From Thecamonas trahens ATCC 50062 (taxonomy: Eukaryota > Protista > Apusomonadida), in NCBI RefSeq assembly GCF_000142905.1, contig NW_013657645.1:248001-312000 (forward strand): a stretch of DNA of 64,000 nt, written 5' to 3'. The position numbers and the translations under genes are program-made. The notes under the pieces are model-generated. The model made no database searches. It was not told where the DNA came from and worked only from the letters and a program-made list of their open reading frames with translations. This document shows, in pieces, positions 12,452 to 26,843 of the stretch (within the stretch, counting starts at the first letter, position 1; every line of letters starts with the position of its first letter).

Positions 12452-13327
12452 ATGCTGTCTGCTGCGCGCGCCTCGGCTTGTCGCGCTCTCGGGCGGTGGA
12501 TGCAGACGTCGGCTGCGGCTGGAGCTGCCGGCGGTGAGGCTCGAAGCAGCGGAGGTGCTGGCCAGTCGCCGTTTCCGGAGCGGCCGTGGTTTGTGCGGGC
12601 GCTGCGGGTGTCGGACGCGCTGAAGAACGAGATGCACGAGCTGCATGTGTCGGCGCCCGAGACATGGACCGTCCTCCGCCTCGCCTCGCGGTACCAGCTC
12701 AAGGTCCCTCGGGTCAAGGCCATTCTCTCGCTCAAGGCCATCGAGGCTGCCGGCCAGTACCCGAACGAGGTGCTGGAGGAGACTCGCAAGCTTGATGCTC
12801 GCATGGAGGATGTTTTCCGCGTCCGCCAGACCGGCCGCGAGGCCGATGTGCACCGCGACAAGCGGGTGGGCGGGCCCGACTTTGTGGCTCTCTCCGACGA
12901 CGACGCCGTCGCCGCCGCCGTCGCCAGCCGCCAGCCGCCCTTCCGCCCACCGCCGCCTGCGGATCCTGATGCAGGAAAGCCCGCTGCCGCTGCCGCCCCG
13001 CTCCCCGTCCTTGACGTCAACCCGGCCGCTGCCGACCGGGCCTTTGACATCGAGGTCATTGAGATCGGCTCGCACGTCGACGACGACTCGCGCACCGTCA
13101 CCATCCGCAAGAAGGACGGCTCGCTGGTCGAAGCCGACGCTTCCACCCGGGCCGCTGCCAACAAGCTCGTCAACCCGCAGTTTGATCCCCACGCGTACCA
13201 CAAGCGGACCCAGGGCCGCCTCTATCGCGACATCAACCTCTCCGCCGCCAGCGCCCAGTCTGCCGCCGCCGCCGCCGTCGCCAGCAAGGCCGCACCTGCA
13301 TCGGAATCAGCAGCAAAGGATGAGTGA
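12452..13327 (+). CDS. Mitochondrial small-subunit ribosomal protein mS45 (Bot1/Mrps35 family)
   Basis: Arg/Ala-rich presequence (MLSAARASACRALGRW), then PFPERPWF...VSDALKNEM...WTVLRLASRYQLKVPRVKAILSLKAIE helix-turn-helix typical of Bot1/mS45. Confidence 0.65.
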   Translation: MLSAARASACRALGRWMQTSAAAGAAGGEARSSGGAGQSPFPERPWFVRALRVSDALKNEMHELHVSAPETWTVLRLASRYQLKVPRVKAILSLKAIEAAGQYPNEVLEETRKLDARMEDVFRVRQTGREADVHRDKRVGGPDFVALSDDDAVAAAVASRQPPFRPPPPADPDAGKPAAAAAPLPVLDVNPAAADRAFDIEVIEIGSHVDDDSRTVTIRKKDGSLVEADASTRAAANKLVNPQFDPHAYHKRTQGRLYRDINLSAASAQSAAAAAVASKAAPASESAAKDE

Positions 13328-13373
13328 GTAACAATGATGTCTCCCAACTGGCCAGCCACTCGGCCCCACGCTT

Positions 13374-13413
13374 GCCGTTTTGCTCGCTGCCAATTGGCAG
13401 CGAGCAAAACGGC
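13374..13413. repeat. Perfect 40-bp palindrome
   Basis: GCCGTTTTGCTCGCTGCCAA|TTGGCAGCGAGCAAAACGGC; the two arms are exact reverse complements. Confidence 0.97.
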
Positions 13414-13448
13414 CGCAAGCGCCGTCTGGAGCTCGTCATGCCGCCGAC

Positions 13449-13687
13449 TGTTGCTGTGCGGGGTCCCTGTGCGGGGTCCCGCACCAGCTCAAACCCCCGC
13501 AACCTACTCGACGCGATGCAGACACATGCTGACCGTTCGCTGCGCGATGCGCAAAAATTGGTATTTGGCCGCACCGTGGCACGGGGCCACGGTGCGGCCA
13601 AATACCAATTTTTTCAGCGAGAGAATTGATTGTTGCTGTGCGGGGTCCCTGTGCGGGGTCCCGCACCAGCTCAAACCCCCGCAACCT
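13449..13687. repeat. Two identical 57-bp direct repeats (13449-13505, 13631-13687) flanking a 28-bp perfect-stem hairpin (13553-13613)
   Basis: Repeat: TGTTGCTGTGCGGGGTCCCTGTGCGGGGTCCCGCACCAGCTCAAACCCCCGCAACCT x2. Hairpin: AAAAATTGGTATTTGGCCGCACCGTGGC-acggg-GCCACGGTGCGGCCAAATACCAATTTTT. Confidence 0.95.
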
Positions 13688-13742
13688 CCTCGTGCTTCCC
13701 GTTCGGTCCCTGCATGCGGAATGTACTTACACCTGACCAACA

Positions 13743-16700
13743 ATGACAAGCTCGACCTTGGGGCTTGTTCTCCTTGTTTGTTGCGGCTTATTGGTTGCCA
13801 CAGCCCTTGGTCGTGGTACGTAGCCACCATGATGCTATCGCTGTCTGTATCGTTGCCCTCTGTCTCGGTCTCCTCGGCCGGAACATGGGCAGGTTGCCCG
13901 CTTTGGGGTGAAGGGAGCACTTGAGTCGGAACACTACAGCATGCCTTGCCATACGCTTCCTGTGTGCAGCACGTGAACCAACATCAGCCGGACAAAGAAG
14001 AGCATAACTCACAGACGCTGATTGGGTGGTGTGCGTGGCAATGGGCGCTCTCCTGTGGCGGGCGAAAGACAGCTTTTTCCGAGAAACGATGGGGGCACGA
14101 GTTCTACGGCGATAGAGATGATACGTCCGAGACTGGGTTCACCATGTCGGCGTACTGTCGCAACAGCAAGGCCGGCGGGTGGCCGGCGTGGGTGCCCAAT
14201 CAGCGCTGGAATCGCTACATGGAGCGAGAGAAGGCGGGAAACGGCAACTACTTGATGGGCATGAACGATCTTTACGAGGAAGGCATTTACCAGTGGACTT
14301 ACCGCGGCATCAACGGTCTCGCGTACACGTACCTCAACTGGGCTCCGAATGAGCCTAACAACTACTTTCCCGGCGAGGACTTTATTCAGCTTCTCGACGA
14401 CTTTGCCTACAGGTGGAACGACATTTTTACGAACGACAACGGTCGCATCTTCTGCATCCGTATCGATCCCAGTGTGGACCTGATCCAGGACTTTAAGCCC
14501 TTTCAGCACCAGAACGTTCTCTACACCCACCCGGAAGACAACGTCGAGCCGGTGCTTGTGCGAGCAACGTACGTCACGCCATCGTTCACTGCCCTGCTCT
14601 CCTTTGGCATCGGCGACTGCGACGCTGGCAACCGCTACGGCGTCATGCCGTTCCGCTCGTCTTACTTTTGGATTGAGACGCCCATCGAGGAGACTGTTGT
14701 TGGTACGGGGCGCAAGATCTGCGTCTCGAACGACTTTGGCGTCAACTGGTACGAAGGCAACCTCGATACAACGATCGAGCTCGGCCGGCCGTGGCCGACC
14801 ACGTTTGGTGCTCTCTCGCCCACGGTCATCGGTTTCAACGGCGGGCCTGGCTCGCTGACGCTGACCGCGAACAACCCGGCGTACCTTACGCCGTCGACAG
14901 AGATTGCGTTTGTGGACGTCGAAGCTTTTGCTGCCGACTGCCCAGGCTACGTGCATCCTTCATCAGGCAATTGCTACTGGATCCCAGAGCCGGTGGTCAA
15001 GGATCTCGATGAGATTGCAGAGACGTGCGGCCTTCAGGGCGGTGTAGTGTGGAGCCCGACTACGCCGCAGGAGTATGTCGACATTTTCAACCACTTTCAG
15101 CCGTGGGTTGGCGCAAGCTCGCAGTTTGGATATCCGCCGTCGAACAACATCTGGCTCGGCATGCGCGTTCTCTACAATCCCATGGTCGGGGCTGACAAGC
15201 CCGCTTTGGCATCGTGGCACTCCCGGCTCATCCCGGGCTTGGCCGGTATGTTCGACGACTGGGCGCCAAGCGAGCCTGACGACAGCAGCGAGATTTACGT
15301 CCAGGTTGACGAGGACGACCCCAACGGGCCATGGAAAACGAGAAGCACCCGGAATGCGAAGTGGATGTATGCATGCATGCGTACTCGCAAGCGCTCCATC
15401 TGCGACTTTAACCGCATCGGTGCCGCTGCTGCGTCGGCCAGCTCTGTCTCGTTTGCCGCCACGCGGACCGCCCTCGACCTGGCCACCGAGGCAAAGGGTA
15501 GGACGACGACTTACGCCGTTTGCGCGCGGACCGCACGTCCACACTGGGTCCACCAGATGCTCTCCCTCACCCACGTCCTCGTCACTCCGACCTCGATCAC
15601 CGCCATGACGCCCAGGACCGTCGGTGCCGGCGTGACCTTTACCGCCACCTTTGCCGTCGCCCCGGGCCACCGCATTCACTCGCCGACGTCGCGCTTTTCG
15701 TTTGCGACAAACTGCCTCAACGGTTCGCCGCAGTACGAGGCTGCGTACGACTCGGAGAGCGGCCGCTACACCGGCGTCTCTATTCCGACCTTTGGTACCT
15801 ACAAGCTCTGCGTCTGGCCATCCAGCAGCGCGTCTCGAGTTGAGATGGCCGGCATCCAGCTGGTTGTCGCCCCGAGCGGTGTCAACGCCATTGCCTCGGT
15901 CTCGCCGCCGACTATCGCTGCCGGTGCTCCGGCCCGGTTTGTCTTTTCCGGTGCCCAGGTGACCGACACCGGCACCCGTCTTGCGCTCGTCGCCAGCGGA
16001 GCACCGTCATGTGTCGTGGATAACCATGTTGCACCGGCTGTGCCGTACTCTGCGACTGGGTCTGTCCTCGTGGCGCCATCACTTGCGGCGGGCGCGTATC
16101 ACGTGTGCTACTCGGTCGATGGCGGTGTGTCGTTTGCGCGCCAGACGGGCCCGGTCATCACTGTGGTCGACGTCACTTCATCCACCATCTCGTCATTCTC
16201 GCCGCAAAGCGCGTACGCCGACGATGCTGGTGTCTTTCTTGAGCTCAACGGCCTGTCGAGCGTGCTCTCTGGACAGGTCGGGCTCTCGACAGTGGCCAAC
16301 TGCTCAAACCCGCCTTCTACTGCCACCATCTCCAACGCGGTGGTGGTCAACGGGCGCGGGATGGCGTCGATATCGCTCAACAGCGGCGTGCCTGCGGGTC
16401 AGTACTACCTCTGTCTTGCATCGGCGGCCAAGCCGGGGACGTGGGTGGGACAGGCTAGCGGCGCAGCGTTCGTGGTCTTCTCGCCGCCCAGTGCGATCTC
16501 TGTGACGCTGGACTCGCCGCCAGCGGTGCTCGGCAACTCGTTGAGCTCGTATGTGGTGAGCTTCACGGCCGACGATGAACTGCCGGGCGCCAAGGTGGCC
16601 ATCTCACCCTACGCCTCGTGCCAGGACCGCAAGGTCGAGGTGGCGCTTGCCGATGGCTCGATCGACCTCGCGCTCAGCGTCGACTACGGCGAGCCGGCGG

Positions 16701-19700
16701 CGCAGCTCTCCAAGAACTACCACGTCTGCTACACAGCCGAGGGCACGCGTTGGGGCTCGACGGGGCAAACGATCCAGTACGCGATCGACTCGCCGAATGC
16801 GATGACCGATCTGGTACCGTCGACGGTGCTGAACGGGACGCAGCCGCTCATGACCTTTGGGTCGCTGCAGCAGACGTCGGTGCCGTCACAGGTCCAAGTG
16901 GCGCTCCTGCATCCAGACGCCAATCAGGACTGTGGGCAGACGGGCTTCCACATCGGGACGGTTGATGTGCAGGCCAAGAACCAGGAGCTTCTGGTGAGCG
17001 AGGCGCTCGCCGAGCCTGGTGTGTTCGATGTCTGCCTCACAGTCAACGGCGGAGCGACATGGACGCGGCAACTTCGATCGCAAGTGTCTGTGGTGAACGA
17101 GCCGCTGGCGCTGTCGATCGAGTCTGCCACGCCGCAGATTGTGGCGTCTGGTGTGCCCGGTCTCGCGTTCGACATTGTGACCGATGCCCGCGACGGGACG
17201 ACACAGCTTGCAATGGCCAAGTCTGGAGCGTGTGTTTCGGGGCGGATTGGCGAAGTGGCGTACACCACCGGTTCGCCGTCGCCGCCACCGTTCACGGCGC
17301 CGACGGGGCTGGACAAGGGCAGGTACCAGTTCTGCTTCTACAAGCCTATTCTTCTCGCCGAATGGGTGGCGCAGATCGCAGTCAGTGCGGAGGTCACGGT
17401 CGTGTCGTCGACGGAGGCGCTGATTCTGTCGTCGCTCGAGCCTGCGTTCCTTGGCTCGGGCATGACGAGTGACCTCGTGCCGTCGGGGACGTCGAACCTC
17501 ATCGGGGCGTCGTCGACCAAGGTGGCGGTCATTCCGGTTGCCGACTCGTGCGGCTCGGTGCCGGTCGCGAGCGAGCGTGAGTTTGGATACGGCAACACGA
17601 CGATCCGTGGGTATGTCGGCGATCCGACACCGGGCATGTACAAGGTGTGCACGCAGATGGATGCCACGACGGCGTGGGTGGAGAATCCTGCGGCAACGTT
17701 TACGGTTGTCGGGCCGAGTGCAGACCGGTTTGTGACGCCGGTGCCAAACGTGATGGGTGCCAAGACGCGGCCGACGATCACGCTGACGGGCAACGGAGCT
17801 TACCACGCCAAGGGCGCGTCGGTGGGGCTCTCGACCTCGGCGAGCTGCGCGAGCGTGGATGCGTCGGTGGATCTCAGCACCGACCTTGGGGCAACCGTGG
17901 CTATCACGGTGGACCGCGACTACGCGTCGGGCCCGCTGTATGTGTGCTACTCAACAGACGGCAAGGCAAGCTACACGGCGCAGAGCGCAACGATCGATGT
18001 GGTGACGATTGACACAAACACGCTGACGTCGGTGGACCGGCGATACCACCCTGCAGACAAGAGCGGGCTGACGATGACGTTTAGCACGTTTACGCCTGTG
18101 ACGACGGGCGCGATCGCGTTTGCGGCGGCAGGCAAAAGCTGCCTTATTCTGGGTGACCGCGAGGCTGTGACGGACATGACGGCGACAGGACCGGTGACGC
18201 TGTCTGCGCCGCTGGCATTGGGAGCGTACTCGACGTGCTACACGGTCAATCGTGGGGCGCCGTCCGAGGAGTGGACGCAGCAGTCGTCGGTGACGCTCAC
18301 GGTGCAAGCTGGAAGCAGCACGACAGTGACAGGCCTGGTGCCGGCGGAGGTGCCGTCCGGAGTGGACGACTTTGTGCTAACGGTATCGTCGTCGATTGTG
18401 CTGATGAGCGGCGTCGAGCTCGGGTTTACGCTCACTGCCGGCGACTGCTCGTCCCCGCAGGTTGTGACGCTCATCAACAACGGGTCGCAGACCGAGTACG
18501 TGCTTGGCGGCGGGAGCGGCGGATTCACGAGCGCAGGCGTGTACTACGCGTGCGTGCGAGTCGACTCGGACGTGCCGACGTGGCTGGCGCAGACGGGGGT
18601 GTCTGTGCAGGCGATTGCTGCGACGGCGACGACGGTGACGAGCCTGTCGCCGCTTGTGGTACCTGTCGGCGTGAACCCGGTGTTTGCGATGACCGGCTCC
18701 AACATCAAGCCGTCTGCTGCGACGCGGGTGTTCTTCTCGTCGTCGGCGTCGTGCACGCCCGAGCTGGGTGTGATTCCGATTGTGAGCGGGACCGAGACGC
18801 AGTGGACGTCGGCGATCAACACACCGGGCAACTACACGGTGTGCTATGGGGTGCACGCGACGCAGGTTGTGGCGCAGACAAGCGTGGGCAAGCTGGTGGT
18901 GCGCGGTGCGACTGACGCGATTGATCATGTCGACCCGCGCGTTGTGGGCGTGGGCTCCAAGCCGACGTTTGCGCTGTCGGGAGTGTACTTTGAGTCGTCG
19001 TCGTTGATGTCGCTGGTGCCTGTGGGCGTCGGGTGTGGAGCCGGGGCCGGGACGTACGTGGATGTGCCGTGGACTGGGCCAACGATCGCCGCGGCGAGCG
19101 CGATGCCTGCAGCAGGCGACTATGTGGCGTGCTACTCGTGGGACGGCAGCCGTGGCGGGCTTGTTCAGCAGGATGGACCGCTTGTGCGTGTGGTGGACGT
19201 GACTGCGAACGATGTGGTGGATGTGAACCCGAAGCTGTTTGGCACGACCAAGCCGCCGCCGCTGACGATCAGCCTCAACACTGGGGTGGAGATCTCTGCG
19301 ACGACGTGGTTCGCACTTGTTGCGCAGGGCGTGGCATGCGATTCCGAGAACGTGGACGGCGCTGTCCTGCTCAGCCTAGGCACGACGATGTTCAACCTGG
19401 GGCCGTTTAACTCGCCATCGGGGCCGTACGAGGTTTGCTTGTCTGTGGATGGCGGGCTGAGCTACGTCAAGCAGGCTGGGCTCAATGTGACGGCGCTCTC
19501 TGCGCAGCCGACAACGATTACGTCGCTGAGCATTGACGGAGGCGAAGAGGCTGGAACGACGGTGATCGAGACTGGGGTTCGGACAGTAGTTGTGGTGAGG
19601 GGCGCGACGGCGTCGGTCAACACCAAGATCGGGTTTGACCGCGTGTCGGGCGGGTGCCAGGTGCCGAACAACGTGCTGTACGCGCGCGACTACAACGAGG

Positions 19701-22421
19701 CTGGGCCTGGCGAGCTTGCGTATTTTAACGTGACGTTTGCCAACGCTGGTGAGTACGTGTTGTGCCTGTCTGTGGACAGTGGCGACAACTACGTGATGCA
19801 GAGCCTTGCCGAGACGCGTGTGCAGGTGATTGTGTGTGCCGCGCAGACATCGTGCGGCGCGTGTGCGTCGATCTGCTCGTGGTGCCTCGAGGAGTCAAGC
19901 TGTGTGTCGCGTGTGGGGATCGGCGGCGGGGCGTGTGCCAACACGACGACGGTGATTCCCGGGCTGAGCGGCGAGAACCGGGCGTGTCCGACGGGCACGC
20001 CGTCTGCGTCATCGGGCTCGATGCAGGGCGGGACCGAGGTTGTGTTTTCGGGCGGCCCGTTCCTGCCGGGCACATCGTGCCTTTGGGATCGCGGTGCCGG
20101 ACAGCCGTTAGTGACAACCGCCGGAGTAGCAGCTGCGGATCGATCGTTGCTAACATGTGTGTCGCCAGCTTCTCTAGTGGCCAGCACCGGATCGCTTACC
20201 CTTCAGTACCTTGACCAAGAGTACCTTGCGGCTGTGCCGTTCGAGTACTACTCGTGCCTGCTCCGGGACACGTGCTCCGAGTGCTGGGAGGCAGCGCGGC
20301 CCGAGTGCGGGTGGTGCGTGGACACGCAGCAGTGCACGATTGCGTCGTCGTGCGTGAACCCGAACGCGACGGCGCCGTCCGAGACGCCGCTGTTTGGCGG
20401 GCAGAGCTGCCCGTCTGTGGACGCGATTGCGCCGCTCAACGGGCTTACATCGGGTGGTGAGACGGTGACGGTGACCGGCGTGCTGTTCACCAACTACTCG
20501 CGGCTGATGTGTGCGTTTGACGGAGTGCCGGTCAACGAGACGGTGTATGTGTCCGAGAGCGAGCTGCAGTGTTCGACGCCGCAGCGCGGGGCCGGTGGCG
20601 CGCAGTTTACGGTGGTGGCGCCGTGGGGCCGGTTTGACGAGACGACGCTGTTCTTTGTGTTTGAGCAGCCTGCGGCGGTGCCCAAGCCGCCGGAGCCGCC
20701 GCTGGGCACGAGCTCGATTGTCGGCATTGCGGTTGCGGGAGCTGTTTGCTGCCTGCTGATTGTGCTCCTCGGGATCCTTGTGTACAAGCGGAAACGCGAG
20801 GAGGAGCTGTACGGGCCGCCGGAGCTGACGGACGATCTGCGGCATTCTGTGGTGTTTGGCTCGTTTGGATCGAAGAAGCCGCTCGACTTTGACGCGATCG
20901 TCGCCAAGTCGGGCCCGCTGCTGGAGATGCTGCTGCTGCCGGGCTACGAGGTGCTTCACGCCGTGGTGGACGTGACGCAGGCGACGGAGGCGGACAAGGT
21001 GGCCAANNNNNNNNNNNNNNNNNNNNNNNNNNNNNNNNNNNNNNNNNNNNNNNNNNNNNNNNNNNNNNNNNNNNNNNNNNNNNNNNNNNNNNNNNNNNNN
21101 NNNNNNTCTCATTCTCACCGAGGCGCACAAGCTGTCTGTGGACCTGCAGAAGGACTTTATCACGCGGGAGGTGTTTGGAGCGCAGTCGCAGGCGACGATG
21201 TTCCGGACCAACTCGTTTGCGACCAAGATGTTCAAGACGTACTCGAAGATGCAGGGCCTGGACTACGTGCACGCGACGATTGGGCGGCCGCTGAACAAGA
21301 TCATCCACGATCTGGAGCTCGAGGAGCAGAAGAAGGCCAAGGGCGAGGCGCAGGACGAGACGAACAAGTTCGGGCTGCTTAACAAGTGCCAGCGGATGTT
21401 CAACACGATTGTGGAGTCTGAGCGGTACCTGCCCGTGGCGTTCCGCGAGCTGTTTGCTCATGTGCAGGCGTGTATGTCTGAGCGGTTCCCGGTGTCGACG
21501 GAGAACCTTGCAGCGATTGTGGCGGAGAACCTGCACGGCAATCTGAAGGAGACCAAGTCTGCGTACGTCAACGGGTCCGAGGTCTTCCACGAGATCGAGA
21601 ACCTGGAGCCGCTGCTGACGTCCGACCTGGCGTCGATCGGAGTGGCGATCAACCCGATGCGGGAGGGGCTCGACATGTTCAACGACGCAATCCTGGAGCT
21701 GACGGACAAGCTCGACCAGATGGTGGACGCGTGCGACAACCTGCAGGGAGCGCTGGACCCGACGTCGCAGGCCGCGCGGCGGCTGCTTGAGGAGCACACG
21801 CAGCAGCAGAACTCGATTGCGGTTGGTGGGTTCTTCTTCCTCCGTTTCATGGTGCCGTGCATCACGGCGCCCGAGTCGTACGGGCTGGTGAAGGAGCTGC
21901 CGACGCCGACGGAGCGGAAGCTGCTTGTGCTGATCGGCAAGGTGCTGCAGAACCTGTCGAACAAGAAGGAGTTTGGCAACAAGGAGAAGAAAATGCTTCA
22001 GTTCAACGACTTTATCGTGTCGAACGAACGCGTGATGGCGGAGCTGTTCGACAAGCTCTCGACGGTGCCGGAGCGCGTGGAGGGCGTGGCGGTGACGTTC
22101 TCGGAGGTTCCGGAGAAGTACCGCGACGCGGCGATTTGCACGCTGTACCAGCACATCGAGCGGCTGCTGCCCAAGGTTGTGGCGCGGCTGACGGACGCAG
22201 AGCTTTGCGACGACGAGCCGACGCGAGTGATGCGGGAGCAGATGGCTCGAATGCTCGCGATGCTCTACGGGCGTGCGGATCTCGCAGGCGATGAGAAACA
22301 GGCAACCGTGCAGCGGACGGCGCACCTCAACTCGGAGGACGACTCGTCGTCGTCGAGCTCGACGGACTCGTCGGACTCGTTTGCAATGCCGGCGGGAGCA
22401 ATTGTGGAGAAGGAGCTGTAG
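13743..22421 (+). CDS. Giant single-pass receptor: putative signal exon, 2 C-type lectin domains, ~14 IPT/Ig-like Cys repeats, PSI-IPT-PSI-IPT, TM, RasGAP (spans gap 21007-21106)
   Basis: Putative signal exon MTSSTLGLVLLVCCGLLVATALGR (13743-13815, GTACGT donor; splice phase unresolved). CTLD motifs WAPNEPNN..GED..WND and IWLG..WAPSEPD. PSI motifs SCGAC..CSWC and TCSEC..ECGWC..CP. IPT motifs GGTEVVFSG and GGETVTVTG. TM IVGIAVAGAVCCLLIVLLGILV followed by YKRKR. Post-gap ORF 21138..22421 has TMFRTNS, GGFFFLRF, KVLQNLSN. Confidence 0.85.
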
Positions 22422-22834
22422 TCATGACGTTGATAGCCGAGCGTATGCTTGCGATTTTCCCATGAAAGCAAGCGATTTTGAGCTTGATGTGTGTTGAGGC
22501 TGATTGCGAGGTAGCGGTGAGAGCGAATTGGAAGGACGCGTGAGGAGGCACTCTGCCAGGGGAAGCAAACGGAGGACTGCACCCGCAAGAGCACAGGACC
22601 AAGCGTTCCGACATCACACCGTTGAGCGAACGAGTTGATAGGCCATGATCCATAGCGTACGAGCGGAGCAACGGCTGTAGCTATCCACCATCGACCATCG
22701 CTCGATGCCGGGTTGGCGAGGGAGCTTGCTTGACAAGGCGCACCGGCATCCATGGGCGGCCGACTTGACCTTGTTCGCGGGCGCAAACGACACCTCGCTC
22801 CCGTCTCCCCTCGCCTCGGTCACATCACCCTGAC

Positions 22835-25458
<2,624 letters not shown>

Positions 25459-25482
25459 TAGAGTCAAGGGCCTGCATTGGGC

Positions 25483-26843
25483 TCAGTCGCGAAGCGAGCG
25501 ACCCTTGCCTCCAAATGCAGTAAAGTTCTCCGGGACGGACGAGGCAACCTTGCGGTCACGGAGCGGGAGAGCAGCAGCCGGATCGGCAGCAGCGTTGGCG
25601 GAGCTCGCACTCGCCGAGGCCCGAGCTGTGGAACCACTGCTCCGGAGCGAGTGCCCCGAACCAAGCTTAGCCCAGTACGAGGCCTTGGCGGCAGCGTCCG
25701 AGTCCGAGTCCGAGTCCGAGTCCGAGTACGAGTCCGAGTCCGAGTTCGGGCTCTGCTTAGGCTTGGCATCGTCAGCGCCGGCGCCAAGCACCAGGCCGTC
25801 CGCGGTGACCGGGGCAGCAGCGGATGAGGAAGAGGCCGCGGCAGTCGACGAGGAGACCTTGGAAGCCAATGTGGACGGATCGACGTAGCCGACAGGCGGC
25901 GAGAAGTCGACTTCCATGTCGGTCTCGATGACGCAAATGCCGCCATTGTGGGTGTCCGGGCGCACCTCCTCAACGGCAAGGTAGTAATCACGGTCGTTGT
26001 AGTGGATCTTGATGACGTCGTCCTTGGTGAGGGTGGCAAACGAGCGAAGCGAGTTCTCCAGCACAGCCTTGGGGTTGGAGATGTCAAGGAAGGCAACCGA
26101 CTGCGGCTTGAGCTTGACAAAGGTGCCGAGGGGAAGCGAGACGTTGCGGACGGTGAGGATGCCGCCCTCCTGCAGCAGCAGGCTCTGCATCAGCCAGTAA
26201 GGAATGTACGCCCTCCCCTCTTCGGCCACAAACTCCAGCACACCGCAGTGAGAGATGGAGCCAGTGTTCTCGTTGCGCAACTCAAACAGCATGGGGTACA
26301 CAATCGACAGCCGCGCAAGCTTGTCCAGTGCCGACGGCGGCAGCACAATCTTGTTTCCAGTCTCAAGGTCAGGCCGGCCGAGGAACGAGACCGGGTAGAC
26401 CTGGTACCGCTCCGCAAAGGTCGTCGGTTGGGCACGTCGCCCGAATCCGAAAAAGTCCTGAAGATGGTGCGATATAGGGCATGAGATGGCGATCAGTCCG
26501 CGTGCAGCAGCAGCCATGACGAGCGTTGATTAGCCATGATCAGCCATGACCAGCGTTGATCAGCCATGACCATCCATCCCCGCACGTTCAACAACCACGC
26601 CGACCAGTGCCAATGAGTAGTCCGGAACACCACCATGACCATGACGACAACGACAAAGACCAGCCAACAAAGAGAGAGACAGACAGACAGACAGATTCAC
26701 CACACCATCACCACCACCCATACCCATACCCATAACCATAACCATACCCACCGTTGCACCCCGTGAGTCACCGCTCCTCCCCCCTTCCCTCCCCCCCCCC
26801 CCTCCTCCCCCCTCCCTCCCTTCTCTCCCCGCCCACATACCAT
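25483..26843 (-). CDS. UFD1: Ubiquitin fusion degradation protein UFD1 (p97/Cdc48 cofactor); ATG-only first exon 26843..26841, exon 2 26457..25483
   Basis: GNKIVLPPSAL, YPMLFEL, SHCGVLEFVAEEG, FLDISNPKAVLENSLR, IETDMEVDF, and SHP box FTAFGGKGRSLR. ATG|GTATGT donor and TTCAG| acceptor are in frame. Confidence 0.95.

Noticed and set aside
13946-22421. Calling the giant receptor a true plexin
   Set aside because: No Sema domain, no RBD at the plexin insertion site, and the GAP motifs are of the conventional FRxNS/FLRF type.
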